Assembly: GCA_010405405.1 (NCBI GenBank)
Contig: MU004230.1
Coordinates: 1,522,627 to 1,586,626, forward strand
Direction of reading: 5' to 3'
DNA length: 64,000 nucleotides
Source: Microthyrium microscopicum
Taxonomy: Eukaryota
This document shows, piece by piece, positions 21,801 through 33,852 of the stretch; the stretch's first letter is position 1, and each line of letters starts with the position of its first letter. The notes beneath the pieces are model-generated. The model was not told the origin of the DNA and did no database searches. It saw nothing but the letters and a program-made list of their open reading frames with translations. The position numbers were made by a program, and so were the translations under genes.

Positions 21801-24082
21801 CTATCGTTCGCCTCTTGACATCTTGTTCACCAGTGCCATGACCGCCACGCCTATCAAAACTACACTCATTGCAGATAAATATGGCGCTGCTTGCACAAGT
21901 TGACCTTGCGCATGCTTCATGGTCGTCCCTCCGTCGCCTGTGCGTGGTAGAAAAGAGTGTGACAGATGGCCATTTGAATAAGAAACTGATTTTGGTTTGA
22001 TGGTTTCGTTGTTGTGATCCGAATAATCAATTTCCCTTGAATGGTTGGCGACTTGATCTGCTTCATCTTCCGTTGAACTATCAAATTGGGAGATTGCTCG
22101 CCCATCTCGCTTCTGGGTCTCACGCTTTCGTTCTTTACGTTCCTGGCGGTCTTGTTCTTCTTTTCGAAGCTTTTGCACCATCTCCATCAAGCCCACTTTC
22201 TCTTTCCGTTCCTCATCACGCTCTTTCTCGGCATTCTCCTTCTCTAGTCTCCACTTCTCAGCCATTTCCTTCACTTCTTGGAACTCGACTAACAACAAGT
22301 CCAGCCGTTGTTTTAGCTTGTCAGTGGTAGTTTCTGTGGAAACCTTATTTCCCACATCGGAGCTGGCTTCATCTTCGATAGGTGTTGTTACACCTTCTGA
22401 GCCTGTGAGGTTGGGAGGTCCATTGGCCTTGGAGGTATTTTGTTCTAGTTGCCTTGCTCGGGCCTCAGCGTCTTCTCGTTTCGTTCGCTCTAATACAAGT
22501 AGATCTTCCATCTCCCGGCACCTCCTGCTTTGGCTTTCTAGCTCTTTCTTGGTTAACGCCAATGCTTCAGAAAGACTCGCGAATTGTGACACTGTATTGC
22601 TATCCAATCTGAGGGAGCCAGATGAAGACCCATTAGGTAACTTTGGTCGTTCCGTATCTGACCGTTTTAGGCCTGAAAGGTTTCCAGATAGTTCGGGCTT
22701 TTCAGGAAGCGGAGCTTGTGGCGGAGGATTTGGTGGGTCGCAAAATCGTGGTTTTAAAGGTGGATCCGTGAAAGAAACCGGTGGTTTTCTTGAATCGACG
22801 GGTGATCCAGGACCTCCTGGTGCGGGAAGTGATGGCTCCTTTGACGGGGGTGGTTGAGTTGCATTTAGCAGAGAGTCAAGAAATTGACTTGATCGTTGTA
22901 GTTCAGTAGCCTGTTGTTGGGCCAATTTGTATTCAACCTTTAGGTTTATTAGATACATTCCGAACGTAAATGGTGAAAACTTACAGTTAAGCGTTTGATA
23001 ACGGCATCCATATTAGGTGGCTGCAGGAAAAATGGAGGCCTTTGAGGAGGTGCATTATTAGGTATAGAACCTGGAACGTTGCTCATCTGATTTCGCATGG
23101 GCATCAGATCGCTCTGACCTGATTTTCGCCGCATGTGACCCATTGCTTGCATCATTTGAGCTTGATGGCTATTTGGATCCATCTCACTACCAATGTTGAG
23201 ATCAATGAGTGCATTTGAGCTCATAAATCCGGCATGCTCAACTCTCGCAGCTACTTTATGGTGAACAACAGTCTTCTGGTCCTCGCTAACAATATCGATG
23301 CCCAACTCAAGCATATCTTGATCTCTAAGCTCATGAGGGTCGGAATCTTTGTTCTCTTGCGACAATCGGTGACCATTGACAAACGTGCCGTTTGAAGATT
23401 TGATATCTCTTATCCATATTTTGCCATTCCTGTCTGCCCATACTTCGGCATGTGATCTGGACAAGACTTTTGAGTCAAAATAGCCATTGTATTGGGTAGG
23501 GAGGCTTTTGGCGTTTGTCTGCCTGCCGATCTTAATGACATCTGGAAAAAAAGGAACGGTAATAGTTTTGCGCTCGAATGTTCCATTCATAGGCGTGAGA
23601 TAGAGAACTGGGGTAGTCTCATTAACAGTACTCCTCACTCCATTAGTCTGTGAGATTGACTGGTTCTGATTCAAAACTGGTCCAGGGGCTTGAAGTGCTG
23701 ATATTGCCGAGGCAGCTGATGGTCCAGAGGAAGATGTCATTGACTGTGTTCGCGCGGTTGATATACCGGCTGTGGGTTCCGCTTTGGCCATCGGCCATTG
23801 ATATCTAGATGGCCGTTTTCTTGCCTGTGAATCAGCGCTAGAGGCCGAGTTTTGTGGTACTGATCCAGTTGAGGAAACAGAAGCTGTAGAGGTGGAGGAA
23901 GCGACAGAAGATAGCGAAGACGAGGAATTTGATCTTGTTGCGGTTTTTCTGGGTTGCATGAGCATTCTCGACACTTCGTCGGCACTCATGGCAGGTATTC
24001 CGTTAGGTGGAGGGTTGGAGGAACCCCATGCCGATCTAGTGTTGAGATTCTGAAAATTCGGGGGAGGGGCAACAGCCGTCAT
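21801..24082 (-). CDS. VPS64: FHA-domain, coiled-coil, tail-anchored protein Vps64/Far9 (SLMAP/HAM-4/PRO45; STRIPAK component)
   Basis: FHA motifs IKIGRQTN, FDSKVLSRSHAE and DIKSSNGTFVNG; coiled coils; C-terminal TM (PYLSAMSVVLIGVAVMALVN). A 47-nt intron at 22938-22984 joins the two ORF-track segments. Confidence 0.9.
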
Positions 24083-25402
24083 GAAGAAGGCGGTTGAGTG
24101 TTGACAAGTAGCGCGGTTTGTGGTGATGATAGTAAATGTATGTCTCCAGAAAACGCGTCACTCCAATGAAAAGGTGACGTGCAGTCAAAACTGGCAACAA
24201 ATGACAATGACGACCAATATGGGCCAGCTAATCACATCCAAAGTATCAATCGCCGTAGGTAATAAAGGGAGCGGTGTAGAAGAAGCAATGGGGCGGCTTG
24301 TATAGAGTGACGAGTGTCGTGTGCTGGGGTTGGAGGGTGCAAGTGCAACGTCGAAGGGCGAGGTGACAAACGGCGGGTGGATGAACGGGAGTAACAAGAG
24401 CTGGCTATGCGAACCTCGGAGGGAGATGCAGGGAGGTAAGGGTGTTTGCAGATGGGTGAAGGCGAGGGTAGGGTGGTCGGGGATGAAGATGGAGAAGAAA
24501 AAGGATGCGATGATCAGTAAAGTGAAGTTGAGAAGCGTGGTGGTGTGGATGGAAGAGTGCCAAGACCCAAGATTTGTTGAGGAAACAGCGACCCAGAATG
24601 CAGGCAGGCACGGCAGAAACTCCAGGGCGGCGCCTACTTTGAAGGGAAGGAAGCCGGCCTGTGCATTCGTTCCTGCCAGTCTTCCCCTCAGCCGCCTCTG
24701 TCCTTCCACTGGCTAATTGGGAGCCGCTGGAATCTGATAGTGCACCACCAAATCTGTCCCAATTTCTCCTTGAAGATGGAGAGCCTTGTTCCTGTAGACT
24801 TGCACAAACTGCAATCTCGAGATAGAAGTGTGTTTGGGATGACAATGTATTATGCTCCGTTTGTCTGGTTTGACCTATGGTTCATTGGATCAGACAGTGT
24901 TCGACTACTGCAATGACAAAGCCTTTTTCTCCAGTCGCGCTTGTCCACATGCCGTATGTCGGCTGCCAGCGGCCACTTGACAAAATAGTGGATCATGTAC
25001 ATCAACTGCTTTTGGTGTTCACTGAAACTGCAAAAGGAGACCACCAAACCGTAAACGATATCGGATATTTTGTCTACTTTTCAGATGAAACATGCGAAAA
25101 TAAATCTCCATATATCTTGCTATAAACGTGGGCATCAAGGTGCCCACAAATTTATCTTATTACTTCTTTCTCAGCTTAGAGTAATGAAGCATCTACAGTA
25201 GAAGATGAGATGGAAGTAGCAAGATTACATAACCTTGTAAAACAAGCTAGCTTAGAGTGCTGCGTAATTACACTCCCAACCTGGCTAGCTCATCTCCTCA
25301 CCACTTCATGCTCTCAAAAGCTCCGAAGCTGCTTTTATTCTTTGCGCAAAAGCTGTAAATAACCTCATCAGCTACTTCATTACTGAGTAAACTCCTTCAA
25401 CC

Positions 25403-25859
25403 ATGCCGCCTATGCCAGTCGGCCAAGGCCAACCACAAGGCCAAAGTACCATGCAGAAATGTATGGCATCTTACCATCATCCGGTGCATCTGCTAACAAC
25501 GCAACAGTAACGATGGGAGCTACCATGGGTGGCAGTACGTCTCTTACAAGCCTACATCGACTCGTATATTAGCTAACGCATACTTCCCAGCCGTCGGACT
25601 GATTCTCGGATTCATATACGGCAGCTACGCGATCATAAAATTCGGCCCGGGTCCTAATGGAATGATGCGAACAATGGGGCAATACATGATGGGAAGTTCG
25701 GCTACATTTGGCTTTTTCATGGCCATTGGACATACGATTCGGACGGATTCCCATCGAGCGGCGTTTGAGCGATTCAGACATGCGGAGCGACGACCTATCA
25801 TGCTTCCTGCCGATTTCAAATACCCGGATGATCAACGGTCGAAAGCAGACAAGTCGTAA
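25403..25859 (+). CDS. MGR2: Mgr2/Romo1 mitochondrial TIM23-associated protein (2 introns)
   Basis: Spliced product reads ...TMGATMGG.VGLILGFIYG...GPGPNGMMRTMGQYMMGSSATFGFFMAIGHTIR, the Romo1 signature. Introns at ~25461-25507 and ~25536-25590. Confidence 0.88.
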
Positions 25860-26333
25860 CCATATTGGAATGATTGAGAAGGAAACAATGAGAAGAGATG
25901 ATAACAGCAGACCAATGAAGGTTGCTGGGCAAGAGTGACCAGTGTATTATAATGAGGAAGGCTACGCATACAAAGCATGATGCGAAAGTCTGGAATTAAA
26001 AGTAGCCAGAATGAGCCTAAAAGATATTGCAGCAAATCTATACCCATCCATTACTCTAATATTGCTTGGTATCAGTTGAATATACACTATATACAAGTTG
26101 TGCAAGGGGATCATTGTGATATTGAGAGGCATATTTGCCTTCTTTTCTCCTGCCATGGTCAGGCATCCTCTCTTCATCAATGCATACCTCAATTGCCATT
26201 CGTGCCGTTAGGATTGTTACTTTCCAGAAGCTAGCGCCCTCTGTTCGACAAGGTAAACCCAATGTCGAGTCTAGACTGTTCCCGTGTCATCTGAGATTCG
26301 TCGTGCTATCTTCGTCCTGTAGCAAAGTATTCT

Positions 26334-27116
26334 TCAAGAATTATCTTCTTCCATCTCAGCAATCCTAACCATCTCATCCCTCTCTGCTCCCTCCACATCC
26401 TCAACACCATCAACGCCATCCAACCTTCTCGCCAACACACCTACAAGCCTCCTCCCTACGCCCTCAACATCCACCCCTTCAACACCCTCACCCACCAAAC
26501 TCGCACTCCTCATCCCCTCAATCCCACACGCCACAATCCGATCAAACCAGCCCAAATCAGTTGCCACATTCAGCCCCACCCCATGCACCGTCACGTGTCT
26601 CCTCATATGCACACCCACCGCCGCAATCTTCCTCTCCTCACCTTTCTCCCCCGTCCACACGCCCACATCATCCGTCGTATACGCCCTCACCCCATACGCT
26701 TTACAAGTCTCAATAACCGCATCCTCCAACAACCGCACATAACACCTTGGACTCAGCCCATGCGCACGTAAATCTAGAATTGGATACGCAACAAGTTGGC
26801 CCGGCCCATGAAACGTAGTCTGGCCGCCGCGCGGAGCATAGTAGAAGTCGGCGCCAGTGGCGCGTAGTTCAGCGATGGCATTTGGTGTGAGACGATTGGT
26901 GGATCGCAGGCCGGCGGTGTAGGTTGGAGGAGGGGAGAAGGTGAGGATTGTTGGGGCGGGCGGCGTGGAGGGCGAGTGAGTGTTGGGATGGGCGCCAAGG
27001 GTGCGTTGTGAGAGGGCGGCTTTGTGGGCGAGTTGGCGGGAGACGATTTGGGATTGTATGTGCGAGGCGGTTGGGTAGGAGAGGAGAGTTGGGATGTGGA
27101 TGTGTCGGAGTTTCAT
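26334..27116 (-). CDS. LIP2: Lipoyl(octanoyl) transferase LipB
   Basis: LipB motifs PTYTAG, RGGQTTFHGPGQLVAYPILDL, RKIAAVG, HGVGLN and FDRIVACGI. Confidence 0.93.
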   Translation of the reverse strand: MKLRHIHIPTLLSYPTASHIQSQIVSRQLAHKAALSQRTLGAHPNTHSPSTPPAPTILTFSPPPTYTAGLRSTNRLTPNAIAELRATGADFYYAPRGGQTTFHGPGQLVAYPILDLRAHGLSPRCYVRLLEDAVIETCKAYGVRAYTTDDVGVWTGEKGEERKIAAVGVHMRRHVTVHGVGLNVATDLGWFDRIVACGIEGMRSASLVGEGVEGVDVEGVGRRLVGVLARRLDGVDGVEDVEGAERDEMVRIAEMEEDNS

Positions 27117-27659
27117 GATGGTGGATGTGTGGTTGGTGGCGACGGTGGGTTAGATGGGTGGGTTCGAGAGTTGGGAGTTGGGAGGATACATTATGCTTAT
27201 GAAAGAGAACAAGAGAAAATCATGGTAAATTTGGCATGTTGGTGGTTTGTTGGTCGAGCACTCGAGATGGGTTGAAGGTCCAATGCCGTTGTCTGGAGGA
27301 AGAAGTTGAGTTGGTTGGCTGGCCAATCAGGTCGCTTGTCAAGCACGCATAAGGCTGAAAGACCTGAATGCTGTTGGGTTGGTTATGCACTCTTCCTGCT
27401 GAAAATAGTATGAGCTCATGTAAGGTACAGACACTTCCATAATTTCCGGATCAAACAGGTCTCATTTTAATACTATTCTGATTGGTGATATCGAGATACA
27501 AGTCGTATATAAGAATGTCGCCAAGTCTCTCAAATGCTGTTTTCAACAACCAGCTTCTCAACCTCCAGCGAAAACATACAACGATATACCTTCACTCATT
27601 ACGCTCATTAAGTTCTCAGTCTTTCCAATCTTTCCAGCAAATCTTCACAGTCCATCACC

Positions 27660-28342
27660 ATGAAGTCAATCATCAGCATTGTGATCCTCACTGTCCTGAC
27701 CGGCAGCATTCAAGCAGCGCCCTGTTCAAGCGAAACGACAGGGGCAGCTCCATCAGGTGTTTTTCCCTCCAGTATCAACCCGCCTATCTCCAAAGTTACA
27801 GGAATGCACACGGGCTATGGACCGATGCAGACTTCGGAACCATGGACGCACTCCTTGCAGCCTTCCGGTTACGGGCACTCCAAGAAGGCTCACCCTTACT
27901 ACAAGTCAGCAGAAGCTCATTGCGATATGGATAAATCTAAAGGGCCTGAAGAGAGCAAGAGCATGCACCACAAAACTCATTCGGCTTCAGGCCATCATAA
28001 GCCAAGTGCCAGTGCTGAGTCTGGTGCTATGCCCGCGCCGACTACCAGTGTCGAGTCTGGTGCTATGCCTGCGCCGACTGCCAGTGCAAGTGCTGTAAGT
28101 CTCTCTTCTTAAGATGTTCAACTTCTAGACTTGAGTCACTAACTACCCTTCACCAGTCGCCTGAGCCATACCAGAGCCTAGCAGGAGCGGAGCCGTCTAA
28201 CTCATATACATCCACCGTCGTTGTCACCACGTACAGTACAGCCACCGCTACCGCTTTGGTTGAAAGTGTCTCACCGGCTGCTCCTGCAGCCTCGACCATG
28301 TCCACTTCTGTGGTGCCTATTATACCTGTGTCTGTTGTCTGA
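27660..28342 (+). CDS. Secreted Ser/Thr/Ala/Pro-rich protein (possibly cell-wall associated)
   Basis: Signal peptide MKSIISIVILTVLTGSIQAAP. Duplicated 12-aa unit containing ESGAMPAPT. An intron at ~28095-28156 (GTAAGT...ACTAAC...CAG) continues into a Thr-rich exon. Confidence 0.72.
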
Positions 28343-29085
28343 CTAGTGTATGCGACAGGTATACCTACTACCGCTTCGATGTTCAACCTATAGGTTGTCA
28401 ACACATAGTCCTCGGACAGAAATGAGATGTCAGGGTAGCGAAATCGGCTAAGTTGTGCTGGAGTTTATGGAATGCTCTTTTCAAATTGCTTCTCTACGCA
28501 TGTTTGTAGTTTAGATGGGTCCTAGAATAAAAACAAATTACTGAACATTGTGTTCAATCTCAGTCTGGAAGCTCTGATTTGTGTCGTATTCATTCCACAT
28601 AAAATACCCTACGTATTCTATGGCAATAAAAACACTCGATGATAAGGAAGTAAATAAATAGTAGATATCGTGGCCGACATCAAAAATTGGAAACTTATCT
28701 TGAAGTTAAGGGGTTGCCGGTTTATCGCAGGTACTGATATGCTGATACCGGTATATCTATCGAATGGGACAAGGAAGACAAAGTCTAGTAAACATTTTGT
28801 AAAACGTGGTCGGAAAAGAGCTTAGCGACTATTAACTTAGGAACATTAGGAAGTCTGGTAGCGTACCAAGGCACAGCCAAGTTTATGAACCCGTGCAAGC
28901 GCGTTGCATCTTAGGTAAAGTGGGCGGGCATAGGGCATTTTCCATTCGCTGTACTTTTGGATTTTCCATCCCAACTTCATCATAGATCGCAGAAAAGCAT
29001 CTTCACTGTAGTTTGCCATCCGTTACATACAACCATCCATGATAAAAGAGCTGGGAACTACTCGGAAGAAGCTTTTGGCACGGCC

Positions 29086-30668
29086 ATGATATCTACCATC
29101 TATGGAATCTTTGCTTTAATTTTCATCAACCAAGTTTGCTGCGCAAGCTTTCGGGAACTTCCAGACGTACCAAAGTCCAAATGGATACGTAGAGAGGAAG
29201 CACCGGCGGGTAGCAAAGCCACCCGGCTATTCGTCTCATCATACGAAGGAACTGTGACGACTGTGGAGCTCACACTATCTGATGCCTCTACCTTTTCAAA
29301 GCACCCTGCCTTGACGATACACAAAACGGCTTCCAACGAGGACTGTGGAGACTCGCCAACCTGGTTAAGCTGGGATTCGAAGCGTCGAACTCTGTACTGC
29401 TTGAATGAACAAATTGACACCTCGAAGGGTCGTGCTGCCACGCTGACGCAGTATAACGTGGGCTCGGATGGTCAATTCAGTGATAATAAAATTCGACCAA
29501 CGTTTGCTGGAGGACCTGTACATGGAGTAGTTTTCCACCCGATAGGAGAAGATGAAGAAGATGAGCCATCTTATGCTGTTGCTCATTATGCACCTGGTTA
29601 TTTCACGAGCTACGATCCTCACTCTCGGGTTCGTGGACGTCTCAGTTTAGATGTTGGGCCTCCTGGACCTACGGAAAGGCAGCAAGAGCTTGTATCAAGT
29701 GGACATCAAATCATATTAGATCCTGGAAAGCAAGGTGAGCTGACTTCGGATTCGCACGATGAACATACCACGGCATCACTCATGAGCAACGAAAGTTCCA
29801 CACTGACAAAGAACAGGACAGGTACTTGTACCGGATCTAAGTCAAGATTTGGTGCATATATTCCAATGCACTCGGGCTGATTGCTGGCGGAAGGGGACTG
29901 TGGCAATGCCTCCTGGTACTGGACCTAGACACGGTACCTTCTGGATCAGTCCAGATCGCAAGAAAACGTTCTTCTTTATTGGCGGTGAAATCTCCAATTT
30001 GATCGAAGGATACTCAGTGGATCGATCTGAGGACGGTAGTTTGAAGTTCACGCATGTATCGACCACCAATGCTGTTCAGCTTCCAATGCAAGAAGAATTT
30101 GCCTTGGCTGAGATTGCAGTTTCCGTAAGTGACACTCTTGACTCAACCTGATCGAAAGAAGAATCTCACGTCGTGCTCTAGCCCGACAATGCCTTCCTGA
30201 TAGTGTCAAATCGAGGCAATAATGCCACCAGTGTCGATGTTTGCGAGGTTACTGGACCGCGATATGCTTGCGAATCAGCCCAGTCTGACACGATCGTGAC
30301 CTTTGCCCTTAACGGAACTGGTGTGTTGACGTCTGGACAGACGTGGCCATCAGGTGGTGTAGCTCCTCGGGCGTTTGCATTAAATCGAAAGGGCGATATC
30401 ATGGCTGTTGGTACAAAAGCTGGTGAGTCTGCTCTTATCCAACAACGCCAGTGAATGTTAACCTTCCCAAGGCCTTGTTCTGCTGGAGCGCAACGTGTCA
30501 ACTGGCAAGCTGGGCCAGATTATGGCGGATCTCGACTTTGATGATCAAGTAACCGGGGTGGTTTGGGATGATTCTTTGATGAATTATCCATCTCGGGCTT
30601 CGAAAGTACCAGCATACCAGCGCTTTTGGCAGAGGTATCTCACTAAGCGATTAAGACGCGATTGGTGA
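29086..30668 (+). CDS. Secreted lactonase-family beta-propeller (6-phosphogluconolactonase / carboxymuconate cyclase-like); multi-exon
   Basis: Signal-like N-terminus. Motifs LFVSSYEG, SPTWL...LYCLNE, GPVH, HQIILDP, GTGPRHGTF, PRAFALN and VVWD. Three introns. Confidence 0.82.
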
Positions 30669-31132
30669 TTTAACTGAGTATTATCCCTTGTCTTCTGGAA
30701 GTAGATTGAATGATTGAAACGCCATTTTCACAAATCCACTGGAAATTGAAGTGTTCCGCAAATTGATTTGATAGTAAGCGGAATCGCGTTATAAATCAAA
30801 TATTCGTCGAGAAAAGGAGAGGTTGGTGGATGGGAGCTGGAGGATTTAAGGAAGGAACAATGAAGCCCTGCGGCAAGTTCCGCGAACGACTCCCTGTGCC
30901 TTCAAATTGATTGACAAGACACGTTCGCTTTCTCAACCATCCCGACCACGCTCACTTTTCAGCCCATCCCATCCAACAAACCCCTCCTCAGAGAGTGAAT
31001 ATATCGCCTTGCCTGATTGACCTTCTACGGTATTCACTTCAGTCTCGTTTGAAATCTTTATAGCCAAAGCCTGGCCTCTTTCTCTACCCGTCCTTCGTCT
31101 GCCTAACCTACGATCAACCCCTAATCATCAAA

Positions 31133-31657
31133 ATGTCTAGAATCAGCATTCCCTTAGACGTCGTCACGTCGCGCCTCAATTTCTCAGAGCGATTCGGATC
31201 TGTCAGTAATATACGATCCAACTTCGGAAACTTTCGATCCCTTTACGAGTTCTTTGATGTAAAGCGCATCTCCAAGCCTGCGAACCTCGCGGAAACTCAA
31301 AGCCGCCTGAACTACAACCTGTCATACTTCTCATCCAATTATGCCGCCATCTTTGCGATGCTGGGTATTTACGCCCTACTAAACAATTGGTGGCTCCTCT
31401 TTTTCATTGCCCTCCTCGTTGGCGGCATGTACGGCATTGGTAGACTACAAGGCAACGACCTAGTTATTGGCAACTGGCATGCAACAACCACACAACTTTA
31501 CACCACCCTTGTAATCATTGGCGTTCCTGTCTTCTTCATGTCATCACCCTTCATGACCGTTTTCTGGCTCCTTGGATCTAGTGCATTGGTCATTCTCGGT
31601 CATGCCGCCTTTTTGGACAAACCCATTGAGTCGGCTTTTTCCGAGGAGGCGGTCTGA
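31133..31657 (+). CDS. YIP3: Prenylated Rab acceptor 1 (PRA1/Yip3)
   Basis: PRA1 motifs SRLNYNLSYFSSNYA and VILGHAAF, with hydrophobic hairpins. Confidence 0.93.
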   Translation: MSRISIPLDVVTSRLNFSERFGSVSNIRSNFGNFRSLYEFFDVKRISKPANLAETQSRLNYNLSYFSSNYAAIFAMLGIYALLNNWWLLFFIALLVGGMYGIGRLQGNDLVIGNWHATTTQLYTTLVIIGVPVFFMSSPFMTVFWLLGSSALVILGHAAFLDKPIESAFSEEAV

Positions 31658-32394
31658 GAGGTGTTCGGCCGCGAGCTCCATACGCGAAGCCCCGCCGGCG
31701 GGGAAGATCACCTTGGGACGATAATGGGTATTCTAGACTGCAAGAATTGAATAGCGACGAAGACGAAGATTACAATCGCGAATTGGTGCGCAGACGACGG
31801 AGTGGGGTGGTTCCAGACAGGCTATATTTTACGGACGAACTGAATGCGCTTCAATATCAGGTACGCGAAGACGAGGAGGAGGATGACGAAAGCTCGAGCG
31901 AGGCGAGCTCCGAGGATATCGATATTGAGGAAGTTGCGCGCAATGCCATTGCTAGAATTGAGCGAGCCAAAAGAAAAGGCAAGGAAAATGTCCGCCTCAC
32001 GCACCAGGAGATCGAAGCTTTACAAGTTCGCCGCACACGATCTCGCAGACAAGAAACACCCACCGACTCCCCCGAACGTGATTCACCAACCGGACAGCCG
32101 CGTAAGAGACGTGAGAGGAACACTCGACAGGCCTGGACACGACGAAGGTCGCAGCCCCAATTTTTTTCGGGTACACTGGCACCTGCAACTCGTAGCTCGT
32201 CCAATGTCTCGACTGCCAGTTCCTCAAAGGCCTCTTCAAGGAGACGCAAACCAAGAGAAGATTCGCCGCCACCACCAGCGGAGGACGAAGGGTACTATTT
32301 GACGACTTATAATCCAAGACGAGTTCGTGGCTCGGCTAATCCTGCACATCGGATATCAAGCGCTCCTGCTGCTGGGCCTCCATATCCTTATTAG
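31630..32394 (+). CDS. Met-less 254-codon ORF overlapping the YIP3 3' end in the -1 frame; probable frameshift extension of Yip3
   Basis: Open from 31630 (after TGA at 31627-31629) to TAG at 32392-32394 with no in-frame ATG. Protein-like composition (EEVARNAIARIERAKRKGKENVRLTHQEIEAL). Confidence 0.65.
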   Translation, partial: VGFFRGGGLRGVRPRAPYAKPRRRGRSPWDDNGYSRLQELNSDEDEDYNRELVRRRRSGVVPDRLYFTDELNALQYQVREDEEEDDESSSEASSEDIDIEEVARNAIARIERAKRKGKENVRLTHQEIEALQVRRTRSRRQETPTDSPERDSPTGQPRKRRERNTRQAWTRRRSQPQFFSGTLAPATRSSSNVSTASSSKASSRRRKPREDSPPPPAEDEGYYLTTYNPRRVRGSANPAHRISSAPAAGPPYPY

Positions 32395-32687
32395 TCTTTT
32401 CATTCTCATCCATGTATTTATTGTTTCCGGCGTTCTATTGCAGATAGATGGCATGAAATGCATTTTCAATGAATCGATTACCTATTGAGAATATCCCACT
32501 AGTTGTACAACTATGCTAAGCGCCTAGGTATGCTTTTTGTGACGGTATACCAAAGTGCCTGCTCTCCAATAGCCCGAGCCTACTACCAACAGACCACCAG
32601 TCTCAGCATCGCGTAAAACGATGTCCCAGTGAGGCAGAATGAAATTGCATGTTTACTAAGATTCTCAGAAGTTGATCATACTAGGTG

Positions 32688-33852
32688 CTACATGTTTGAC
32701 CTTACCGGTTCATCATCAACATCATCATACAAGGATCCGCATCGCGCAAATATCCAATTGGCAACATCATCCGCGTACGTCTCCTTATCCGGACTGGGCT
32801 CAGCATGCACTGTACATCGTTAGCATCTATCTCATACCATCGAGGACTATCGTGATACATACACTTATGAAACCAGCCATCGTAAATCTTCAGCTCCTTA
32901 TCGTCCTTGGCGTGTAGTCTTTTATACACGCGCTCTGTGCCAGTGTAGTCGCACACACCGTCTTTATTTCCATGGCTCAGCCATATTCTAGTTTTGCGTC
33001 CTTCGCCTGCAGTTCTGCCAATACTAATCTTACCGGTGTCAAGAGCACTTGCGCGGTCGAGCATGTTGGAAAGACCTTGTAATGTTGCCGTGTCATGGCA
33101 AAGCTCGTCGTCAACAAAGGCTTTTTGCACTGCTGGATCACGACTAAGCAGCTTTTCATCCAGCTTGACTTCCATCTGGCGGCCTGGCAGTATCTTGCCT
33201 GCCAAACGACCTAATGCTACGGTAATAGGATTTGGCTATTATTGTTTAGCTTCACAACCCCCTTCCTCTCCCACAAAGTCATGATGAACATACCTTAGTA
33301 GCCGCATGAAGCGCAATAAACGGCGCCTCCACCAAATATCCTCTGATCCGGATTCTCGTCTGCACCGGCGCATACGACGCCCAACATAGCACTTCTTGGC
33401 CACCCATCGAATGGCCCATGAGGAACATGGGCACATCGCCTTTAGTAGGTAGTTGTTCTTCCACAAACCTGTTGATATCTAGTAGCACCCTCATAGTTGG
33501 GCCGGTGAGGCCGCGCTCGGCAGGCTTGGTCACGGAACGACCCCAGCCGCGTTGATCAAAGGAGCGAACTTCAATGCCTTTGCCGGCGAGTGTGGGGAAA
33601 AAGTCGCCATAGGCATTGCCTGAAGCGGTCAGCGAGGTCCTTAGAACGCATGAGGTTGGTCAGGGCTTACAGTGATCGCTGAAGCCGTGGACAAAGAGAA
33701 GGATGGCTTTGGGTGTGTCCGCAGTCTGGAGTGCGTTAGATTGTGGAACGTTGATGGAAAGAGTGTTGAGAATATACCTTCCAGGTTTTTGTGTAAAGAT
33801 TGATTCCTGCTTCGACGTTCACAACGCCCTCTTCGGTTTTGATATCCGCCAT
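32688..33852 (-). CDS. Alpha/beta-hydrolase, monoacylglycerol lipase (Yju3-like); multi-exon
   Basis: FVHGFSDH, FDQRGWGRS, GHSMGG nucleophile elbow, HGNKDGVC and GWFHKLHAEP. Several short introns. Confidence 0.88.

Noticed and set aside
24185..24845. Overlapping ORFs of 131-174 aa upstream of VPS64
   Set aside because: Low-complexity, pyrimidine-rich leader-type sequence on the VPS64 strand with no domain features; probably 5' UTR or promoter.
27660..33852. Secreted protein, lactonase and lipase as a metabolic gene cluster
   Set aside because: No backbone enzyme, transporter or pathway regulator is present, and the genes are interleaved with housekeeping YIP3 and flanked by LIP2.
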